NCBI GenBank assembly: GCA_051362555.1
Contig: JBPQGU010000016.1
Span: 1,364,001 to 1,428,000 of the forward strand
Direction of reading: 5' to 3'
From: Lingula anatina
Lineage: Eukaryota; Animalia; Brachiopoda
DNA length: 64,000 nucleotides
In this document: one piece after another, positions 21,913-32,668 of the stretch
How the letters are laid out: every line of letters begins with the position of its first letter
Position numbering within the stretch: the stretch's first letter is position 1
The notes under the pieces: generated by a model
Told to the model about the DNA's origin: nothing
Database searches by the model: none
What the model saw: only the letters and a program-made list of their open reading frames with translations
Made by a program: the position numbers and the translations under genes

Positions 21913-24900
21913 ATGGCTGCCTTGAAACCATCGACTGACCATTATTCCCTGTTGAAATATGCCAGGTGAGTGATAGTCTGATACACCCCCCCCCCCCCCC
22001 CCCCCCCAATGTGCCGATAGACTTTAATAGTTTGACACATTCATGGAAAAAAATACTTGCAGTTCCTCTGGCATTTCATGACCTGTTAAACGGACACTTT
22101 CCCCATGTCTTATTGACAAAATGGCTTAGTATTGGTTACAGTGTTTCCCCTGGCTTTCAAGCTCTGCGAGGTGGTAGGCAGTCCGCGATCCCAACAATAC
22201 TAGGGGGGTCCGGGGGCATGCTCCCCCGGAAAATTTTTTAAATCGAGGTGCAATTTGGTGCATTTTAGGGTATTTAGAACTGATTTTTTTTACATTTTAT
22301 GTGGCACCGAATTGTCTTGTTTTAGATGTTTTGAGGAGTAAATTCAGTAATGACATAACAAAGGTTTGGACAAAATTTATTTTCCATCTGTGCATTCACT
22401 CAGTTTAGTCCTTTTCAGTTTATAGAACATACTCTTTCAAAAAAAAAAGTTAATACTTTCAAAAAAAAAAAAAAAGTTAACTACTTTAATACTTACAAGA
22501 AACGAGAAAAAGGGCTTACTACATTGAATTATTTTTAAATTGACCAAAAAGTTGATAAAATATGTTGTTTTTACCGTTTTCACATTCTTGTGAAAGTAAC
22601 TGGTCAATTGACTTTGCGTGTGGGAGCGCTTCATCTTAATATAAAACTGCCGCAAAAGTTCTCTCTCTTGTCGTTCAGCGCAAAGCGACTCACGCTACTA
22701 GTTATACGTAGTTTGAGATGTAATTTATAATCAACAACTTCAAACACCGTTAAATGAATGCTTCGGAATTAAAGAGATGAAAATCACACTTATCATCAAT
22801 TTTAGTTCTTCGTTTATTCATTTATATGGTTCTATTCAGTCATGGAAATCCATATTCAATGCATAGGTTTCCACGCGAAATACTGACGTGACCCAGTTTT
22901 ACAACGCTACTGCTTTCACAAAACTCACCCGTAAATCAATAGAAAATCTTCTCCAAGTTTATAAAATCAACGAAGTCCACTTTATTTGCTCCTTTTTTAT
23001 CAGTGAATATTCGTAAACTATAAAAACAAACAACAGGCGGTCTGAATTTCGGAACATGAAGTGATAGAGAAAGTGTATTCTTGACACGTGATTAAATGGT
23101 GTCAAGAACAGTTGCCTCGTTTCGCTCTGTTTCTTATACTTCAAATAAGGCACAGAACTGCGAAAACGAGGCTCTCACAGGGAGATAGTAACTGCTGGTT
23201 ATTTTTAGGCATACGCGCATGCGTCTTTCCGTTACTACTAAATCAAGTGCTCAGAAGCATGGGATTACGTATGTAAACAGAAAATGCCATATTTGCTTAG
23301 AAATAAATATAATTTTCAGTTAGCATGAGTGAAAATATACTTTGTTGTTCCATTTAGTCCAGCGAGGCGGTGCTTTTGACAAATTTCAGCGAGGCGCTTG
23401 CAAATATCATCGAGGCGGGCGCCTCGCTCATTTAAGTGCAGGGGAAACACTGGGTTAAATACTAGCTGTATCTATAATTAACCATTGAAATTGAGACACA
23501 GTTTCACAAATAAAATATTGCTTATTCTGTAAATATTACATATGTTCTTATTAAAATAGACTCAGAGCATAAAGCAGCATATCTGTGAATAGGGATGAGT
23601 TAACCTGAAGCATGCCTTAGGTTTTGAGGTGGTTGTGTGCAAGACACATTCATATTTCTCTGTATTCTTGTTTTTCTTCCTATAGATATGTCAATACTGC
23701 TGCTGATAATGGGACAAAACCAGTATACTCAAGACAGAATGAGACTATGGAGTGGAAAGTGTGTACTCTTAGTGGCAAAATAAATTACTCACTTACAAAT
23801 AGTTTTCCATGTCTACTAATAAAAACACCAGATTAACTTGTATACTGGAGCAAAGAGTAATATATAGCCAAGAGCATTGGTATATAGTGTAACAGTTTTG
23901 CTTGTGATAATTAATTTGCTAATTTGCTTACTGAAAACAACCACATTTTGCATATGCAGTACATGTACCTGTATGTGTTTTGGTGTCTCTGTGAAAGTCA
24001 AATTTACTAGTTTCCTGTGTTTTTTTTTCAAGTAGATATTTTCTTTTGGTATTTGTATCATTATTCTTTCATTTCTTTTTTATTTTGCTTCAGTTGCAGA
24101 TGGCATCCAGTTGTCACTACAGCTTTTTACTGTAAGCCAGTTTTTGTTTTTTAGCATATTATTTACATTATTGTCTATTTATTTTTATTTAATAAAAAAG
24201 GGAAGTTTGAGATAAAAAGGATGAGTGTAATTTAAAATATTTACTCAATAATATAGAAGATATCTTAAAGTTTTATATAAAAAAATAAGAAGAGCACTTG
24301 TCAAAGAGGTTTAGAAAAAGACTAGACTAAATACATGTATATAGGAACAGCCATAGCATGAGTTTCAGAGTTTTACAACTTTCCAAGAACATTTAATAGT
24401 TGATGAACAGTGATATAAATTTCCAGGAAACTGAAACTCTAGATGATATTTGAATGTGTCTTGTAAGACCATGTTCTTGTTTGTTTGTTTTCAAATTGTT
24501 TTTGATCCAAGACATTGTAATCTTTGCAGTATTATGAAGCAACAGACGAAAACCCACTGACCCTGAACTTGACAGAGAGTCAACAGTTTGTGATATCATA
24601 TGGAAACAAGATTATGGTAAGTTAGTTTGCAGTTAATTGACAAGTATATTGTCTTTTAACTTATTTAAATATTATAAGATGTTTGAATAAAGGAAATAAT
24701 GCACAGTATCTCTGTACTTTCACCCCTTTCTCTTCATAGTTCACAATAAAAAATAATGAAAAGCAAAACAAATTTCTCATGCAGAGAAAAAGGACATCAG
24801 AAGTATTTTCCCACTCATGCATTTACCATTCTCCCCGCCACCTTACTAAATACTTAGATCTGTCTTTTTCTACAAATTTTCTCTCAGTCTCTTTCTCTCC

Positions 24901-24936
24901 CATTGTCCACCCCTCTCTCTCTCTCTCTTGCGCGCG

Positions 24937-24973
<37 letters not shown>

Positions 24974-25084
24974 CCCTCTATCTCCTTCCTTCCCTCCCCT
25001 TCTCTCTCTCTCTCTTGCACGTGCGTGCACACACACACACGCACACACACACACACACCTCCCTCTATCTCCTTCTTTCCCTCC

Positions 25085-25124
<40 letters not shown>

Positions 25125-26484
25125 ATTCACTTGGTACCAGTGCAGTTTCAAACCCCCCATATATTTCAGGAGAGCCACTACCTGGTTGGCAGTCACACCT
25201 GGCTGAGGGGAGTGTGTAAGGGGGACAGTATGATGATCCTGTGTAAAATACAGGTAATTTACATTTATCAGATTGCAACTTTATCAGGTGTTCAACTTAA
25301 TCTATGTATTTAATTGAAAGAGAAAGTAATTTGTAGTTTTCTCAGTCATATTTATTTCTTTGGTTCATACCTATGTTTTTTAATGTCCAATTTTAAGTGG
25401 GTAGGAACGAGGTGCAATTTTGGCAGTAATAATAATATTAATAATAATTTTGTTGAGAAAAAATCAAGCACTGACTAACCCCCAATCTTTATATTTTTAA
25501 TATGCACAAATATAAAATGTCTAATGCTTAAATTCCTATTGAATTTTAATACTTACAGAATGAGAGTCGCAAGTTCCGGCTGAAGTTTTCCAGCACAGAG
25601 CTGTGCAGTGGCACCCAGCAGTGTGCAAGCTGTACAGCAATACTAAGGAAGTATTTCCCACTGAAGGCTGAGGGGGATCTTGAAGCAGTGATGGCATTTG
25701 AGGTTTGTCACTTCGAGCAGCCTTGAGTACTAGAAAGCGCTAGATATTACGAGCCTCCAGTTCTTCACTTTGCAGAAACCAAGAAAGCTGCTGTCTGCTT
25801 GTGTGTCAACGTATCTTCTGTCTCTACTGCAACTTGAAGCACTGTAGGTTGTTGTCAGATTGGAAGAAATTACTGACAACTGTATAGATTGCACATGGCT
25901 TACCCACTGACATATGGTTACCTGATTAGGTTAGGGCCTATACCAGCTTAGTGTTTGTACTTTCAATTTCCCATAATGCAGTGGTCTTTGTAAGTCAGCG
26001 TGCCCCATGCAAGTTGTCGTAGAACAATCATGATGTATTGGTGAGAATTTTCCTCCTTTTAGATGGGTCTTCACTTATATTTTTATTTAAAATTTGATAT
26101 TTTTAAAAAGACTTGACAGTTGCTGGGATATGCGTGAAATTTGAAGGTGCATTTCATCAATATTTTTCTAAGGAGGGGGAGGTTTGTCAGTGTCCCCCTC
26201 TCTCGGCATTTTTTGGCCCGATTCCCTCTTTGTGGGAACCCAAAAAGCTGCTACATGTACTAGTACAGAGAACATGGTAGTACATTCTTGTTAGACTGTA
26301 CTTATGCATGTTTGATATCACAAGGTGTCACACTCTAGGTAAAAAAACTGTGAAGTCAAAAGGTTTTATACTATTATTTCCCTTCGTTTCAGGAATGTAT
26401 AGCAAAAGAAGACATGGATGAGGCCAGGAGTCTGGTGGGGGAGGTGTCAGTGGCTGACATGGCTAAGGTAACTGTCTATTATAA

Positions 26485-26553
<69 letters not shown>

Positions 26554-27116
26554 CTGCAATAACCTCCAGCAGCCCCCCCCCCCCCGCCCCTGTACAGATC
26601 CACTGAGTGGATGGAATGTTTGAAAACTGTTGTCTCTGTTGCAGTATTGCCCCCTGAACTTCATATCACATGAACTTGATAAGATTGAATCATTTTTTGC
26701 ATTGTGATGGTAATACAAAACCATTTTGAAATACAAAATGTTAAAAATATGAGTATAAAATAAATGTAAAATATTAATGAAAGGAATGTAATTGTTACTG
26801 ATACAGCAATTCTTACTGCAGTATGCTGATATTAAAGTAAAGGTTGTGCTATCATGCTAAACATATTATTATTTTTATTATACCTTCAAAGATAACAAAT
26901 AATTTATTATAATGATAATATTCATTTTCCTTATGCCAGGCTCTCAGTGGAGAAATGTTTGCCAGCCTTCCTCTCTCCTATCACCATAGCAACATGCCTC
27001 AAGAGGAGCTGTCCACCATACTCCGCCTATGCCTGTCTGACAGTAGCTTCCCTGCATTTGTGGGAGAAGTTGAAGCAGAGCTCAAGAATATTGTGCAAAA
27101 CAACAAACATTCATAA
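21913..27116 (+). CDS. REC114: Meiotic recombination protein REC114, 230 aa, 7 coding exons
   Basis: Exons are 21913-21965, 23686-23758, 24530-24616, 25170-25253, 25559-25702, 26393-26467 and 26940-27116 (693 nt, in frame). Motifs LLKYAR, SRKFRLKF...QQCASC and C-terminal EELSTILRLCLSDSSFPAFVGEVEAELK match the REC114 signature. Confidence 0.9.
22139..23452. mobile_element. Non-autonomous hAT-like DNA transposon with 5-bp TSD in REC114 intron 1
   Basis: Perfect 14-bp TIR CAGTGTTTCCCCTG ... CAGGGGAAACACTG, with direct repeat GGTTA on both sides. No transposase ORF. Confidence 0.8.
24910..25120. repeat. Compound (CT)n/(CA)n microsatellite, duplicated with ~88-bp period
   Basis: CCTCCCTCTATCTCCTTC.TTCCCTCCCCTTCTCTC occurs twice. 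Confidence 0.85.
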
Positions 27117-28349
27117 AAATGTATCTTCAGGAGTTTGTGCAGTCGTTTTCTTTTTCTTTCTTTCTTTCTTTCTTTCTTTTTTTTTTTTGGCTCCATGTTG
27201 ACCACGTGACTATTGAGTAATTTTTGTTGTTTTAACAAAATTGTGAAGCAAAAGGACACTGGTTAGAAGAAACAAAGCAGACTTATCAAAAATGAATAAA
27301 AAAGTGAATAAATAAATAAAAAATAATAATAACATCTGTTACTAAAACTACCTGTAATAAAACGAAAATGTTTACATCATTTTGTGTTCTTTTTTTCCCC
27401 TCAAAAGTCTACCCTTTGCAGATTTCTTTTAAAACAATGTACACTTGAAATCAGCATTTTTGTAATAATAGGTTGTTTTACACCTCTAACTGAATTACAG
27501 TATGCTATTTTCCCTAACTTGTCATACTGGCACCTTTTGTATACTTCTTACAGAGGCGGATTTGGGGGGGGGGGGGAGTTCAAGGGGGTCCTGACGCCCC
27601 TTCGACTTTAAAAAAATCACACCAATGGCCTCCTCTTAAAATTAGAATTTTGACTTGTTCAATCATATAGTTGTAACCCATGCCAAATGGCACCGTTCGC
27701 CTTCTAAAACGCCAAACCCTACGCCAAGGGGGCGGGAGAGGATTGGCCTCGCACCCGCAGACACCCCTTCCAATAATCCTGAGTGGATGAGAACACAGCT
27801 GTTCACACCTTGGCGGTTTCGGATTTGAGTAGTCTATATGCTCTTTCAATTTTGACTTTGAAGTTGCTCCGGGTACTGTATGAACATATGAACAGTCTTG
27901 AGGCGCAGGGACCCAAAATAGGAAGGGGGTGCATAAAAAGAAAAATACTCAGTATAACATACGTCTGGTAAAAGCAATAGAGGCGACGCGACTTTTATAA
28001 AAAGTAAAACCTTTTTTTCTGATAATCCCACCGAGAAAATAGCACATTATTGATGAAATTGCAATATGACAGGCAATAATTCCTCCGAGAAGATGTCATT
28101 TTTTTCTGCTGAACTTGGTTAATTAGCAAGTGGTATGACGTGGTGTTATACCTGAAGCTATACTGAATCAATTCAAGTTCGATCGGAACGTTCCTAGTTA
28201 GTTGACTTCATATGTTTTTATTTTCATTTTATTTTGCACTGAGATAATTAACGTTTGGTTTCACCTTTGACGTTATAGAGCACGATGACAGGGACAGCTG
28301 TTCACACTTAGGCGATTTTAGATTTGGGTAGTACGTCTTTGCTCTTTAA

Positions 28350-28564
28350 GGCTCTATTCCCATAGATTTTAGATCGATCTATCCCCGCGGGGAGTCTCAC
28401 TAGATTACTTTCAGATAATTCGACTTAAATGTCCGTCCCGCCTACTACAAGCTGTAAGGGGGTAATTAACTTTCGTGTCCGCCCGGCTGACAGCTATTTA
28501 GCGTGAACCCCCAGGGAGTTATGTCGATCTAAAGTAGGTCGATCTAATCTATGGAAATGGGGTG
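28350..28564 (+). mobile_element. MITE family A, copy 3
   Basis: TIRs and TAA/TAA flanks, colinear with copies 2 and 4. Confidence 0.8.
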
Positions 28565-30024
28565 TAAGTGTTGACTGTCGAGTTGCCCTGAGACCCCCTT
28601 CGATTTCTGAAAAAGTCACACCGATGGTCCCCTGCAGGTATATGTCAAAATACTAGCTAGTATTATTAGATTAAAAATATTTAAAAATAGATAATTAAGA
28701 GAAGCTGTATAAATACTTTTGGTCCTTTTTTTTTAGATAAATTCAACCGAATTATGTTGGTACATATGAGAGTATACGGCATACAAGATTTGTGCTACTA
28801 TGGTGCAACGTATAAATGGTACATGTAGATGTTTTTAAAATTGCTTTCGTTTTCACTTTCACTTATCAATTTTCTTGAAACTACTACAATAATAATAATA
28901 CCGGTATAATGCATGCATTTTTGACAAGTCATATAAAGTGGCCCATTGACAGGCCCGATATCAGTCTCGATCCTTTCATTCATCTAACAAAACGTCTATA
29001 TGCACAAAGGTGAGTGCCTGTTTCTTATATTTTTTCACATTAAATCAATTATTTTGTTACATCCTTAAGTTTGTACGTACGTGGCGGTAAAGACAGTGTT
29101 ATAAAACTGAGGGTTTTTGGGAAAGATGGACAGATAATATGACACGGTTTAACTAATTTAGGTAAGGAACTTTAATCCCAACGACAAATTGCCGCTAATT
29201 TCGCTTTCTTCCGTTGTTATTTTCATCACAAAAGAGTCGGGAGTTTTGTTGATCTGCGGAAACCACGCCTCCGGGAATTCCTGCCTCGTTTTGACATCGT
29301 TGAAAATTAGGTCAAACCCGCCATCTTTAGGGAATCCCTCTGCGTGGCAAATGTGAAATTTATGTAAAACGACACAAAATGTCCAGATATCTTTCAGATC
29401 AGACGGGCGGAGGATGAGGCGTTTGCGTCAAGGTAAATGACTTAGTAATAGGGTATTTAGTTACATATATGCACTTATAAGTAGTGACAAACAGTGGGGA
29501 GATGTTACGGAAATTTTGAGGTTCTCCAGCGGTACGTCAGTGTCGTCACTGTCACTCAACTACTCAAGCGCAGGTACTTGAAAAAAAGAAAGATAGCTTA
29601 CAAATAGTATGTTGTGCAGGTTTAAGGCATAAAATGCTGGAAACAGTACTTGTCTACGTGTCCAGGAATGACCTGCAACTGCATGATTGAGACTACGGTA
29701 GGGGATCGATGTTGGGTGAGACCCCCTCCCCCCCCCCCCCAAAAAAAAAAAAATAATAATAATAATAATATTAAATAAATAAATAAAAAAATTTTAAAAA
29801 AATGAAATAAATAAATGAATGATTTAATTAATACATATATTAATTGATTATAATAGGCAATAAATAAATAAATATTGGAAAATGAATAAATAAGAATAAA
29901 AGAAAATAATTGTCTATTTTTTTCTCCTCTCATATTGCAGAAACTGGACATTAAGTGGACAACACTGGGCACAGAGACTGATTTATCTGACCCCTCCCCC
30001 TGTCTGCCCCACCCCTGAGCTGAA

Positions 30025-32574
30025 ATGAAGGTTGAGGTGGTGAGAACCCCCAGGAAATGGAGCTGTCTCGTCATCAATGTCCACATCAACATGTTCCTGT
30101 ATGCTACTTGCTGGGCCATACAGACTAATACACTACCGGTGAGACTGGGTTTTTCGTTATTTTTGATTTTTGATTTTGATTATATACTAGTACATGTACC
30201 AGGTCTGTAGCCAGCAATTTCTAAAGGGCATTCTTTTTCTGAAAAATTGGACCTTATACTATAAAACCTACATGTACCTACTATATAGTAGATAAAGTTT
30301 TACCCAGAGGGGGCCTTTTCAGAGCCAAAAGGGGGGTTCTTTTGACCCCCATGAACCCCCCTGGCTACAAGCCTGTGTACAGTGTACATATTTGCATGAC
30401 TGTACTGGTAGACATTTAAATTTAGAAACATTGAACTCTGTTTTGAACCTAACAGTTATTTCAGTGCATCTTGGCAATACAGTTTCACACACTGCTAGTG
30501 AGACTTGATTGTCATAGCTAGTATTTATTTTAACTTTAGTACATTAGTATTTCTGTTGTAATAGGTTTTGAAATTCAGAAATTTCATTCTGTTTTGAACC
30601 TCGTTATTTCAGTGTATCTCTGTAAAAGTGAAAACAATCAAATACATCATCACCAATGAGTTTTGATTGTCATTATAATCTGTTTCGATTCTGTATGTAC
30701 ATATATATATATATGTGACAGTCACTATGTAGTTTGAAATTCAGAAAAATTTAAATCTATTTTGGCCCTCCTTATTCCAGTATCTCAGCAAGAACCTAGG
30801 GGCCGACCCCCTCATATTTGGCTACCTCCAGAGCACCTGTGGGGTAGCCCAGTTGTTTGGTGGAATTCTATTCGGTAGATTTGGCGATGTGTTTGGGAGT
30901 AGAGTAGCCTTGACATTGGCCTTTCTGGCAGCAGCCATGTATTACTTCATGCTTGGAGCTGCGTACTCACTGCCGATGTTGTTCGCCTCCAGTTTGCCGA
31001 GTCTTCTAATGCATTGTATGACAGGTGAGTGGATATTAAAGGAAAGAGATAAATACCTTTTTTGCCAAAAATATTAAAAGAACAAATAATAATAGTAATA
31101 AAATTAAAAATAAATAAATAAATAAATAAATAGACATTTTCTGTCAGGGTTCTGATATTGTATCAATTTTGAAAGGAAAAATCTTTTTTCAGGGAAATGA
31201 AATGTTGTTGTGATGTACAAGATGTATTATCGATTAAAATCATCAAAAATAAGCTAGCTTAATTAAGATCATTATCATTGATATTTTTAAAACAAAGATG
31301 TCAAGCTTCCAAGACACCTTTACTTAATATTATAATAATCATTGATTTGCTTATAAGAATTACATGAATGAAAGTTTTCATGATTATGCCTGATTTCAGG
31401 ATTTTAAGTCTTCATTTTGATCTATTTTTCATATGGTCTTAATGCAATGAGAAATGACAAGCTACCCTTTCAGGATTTTCAGTTTTTTACAGCTTTCGCA
31501 CATGGATTTACTAGATAATTCTAATGTTTTATTTTATAGGTGGTCAGATGGTGATAACAGACCTCACAGACAGTGAGCAGAGAGCCGACGCCCTGGGAAA
31601 ACTGTGGCTGTCGTACGGAATGGGCTCCGTTATCGGGCCGTTCATTGGTGGTTTTGTAAACAAGCACTACAGGTAAAGGACATGTGGATGTTCCTTTGAT
31701 ATAATTCTTTTGAGTGAGAGATTATATTTAAGATAGAAGAAATAAAAGTTGCAGTGTATTAAGATAATGTGAAATAGCAATATATTGATAATGCACAAGA
31801 ATGTCGAAATTGACTGAATATTTTCTGTGAATTGCTTTTTTCAGAAGTATAATCAATTACTTTTCAATAACTTATTTTAGTTGAAACTAATATTTTTTTT
31901 AAATGCTTAATTACACATTACATCGTGTACAGAGCCAAGGTCAGGTGACCTTAACTGTAAACTTCCTCCATTTTTTAATTATTCGGTTTCATACACAGCA
32001 TAAAATGTGTCCTTGACACAAACAGTTCATTAATAACCAACAAGATGCAAATCAAAAAAATCATTAAGCTAGGGAAGGTGCAGTATACTATGGGGAAACC
32101 AGAACACAAAATACAGATTATTTTTGCACCAGGACAATTCAAAATAATTGGAAAATGTCACTGTTTTTTTTTTTTTAATCAGTGAACAAACAGCTGCGTT
32201 TGTGGCGTGTGCAGGGTCAATGTTAAGTGTGGTCCTGGTGTGGTGTTTTGTTCCCCACAACACCAAAAAACTGGCACCAACTGCAGCTGATGAACTGGAT
32301 GATGTGGAGCCAAGTGATCAAGACAAAGAGGCCGTAAAAGGTATGTGCATCAACATGGGTTTTCCCGGAGAGCTAGTCATCATTTGGATGGCGATTAGCC
32401 TCAAAAGACAGCCTATATTTCAAGAGATGGCTGGATGGCTTACAAAGTTTTTGGGTTGGTTGGGCTTGTTTGGACTGGACTCCCCGTAAATTGATGACCA
32501 AATTACAGATTCACATTATGGACTCCCTCTACCCCAAACCTGGTTCTTTTCTGTGTAAATTAAAACTATAGGGT

Positions 32575-32668
<94 letters not shown>

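Noticed and set aside
24779-25278. Overlapping ORFs rich in HT/SL/ER/CV
   Set aside because: Microsatellite artefacts; only 25170-25253 is a REC114 exon.
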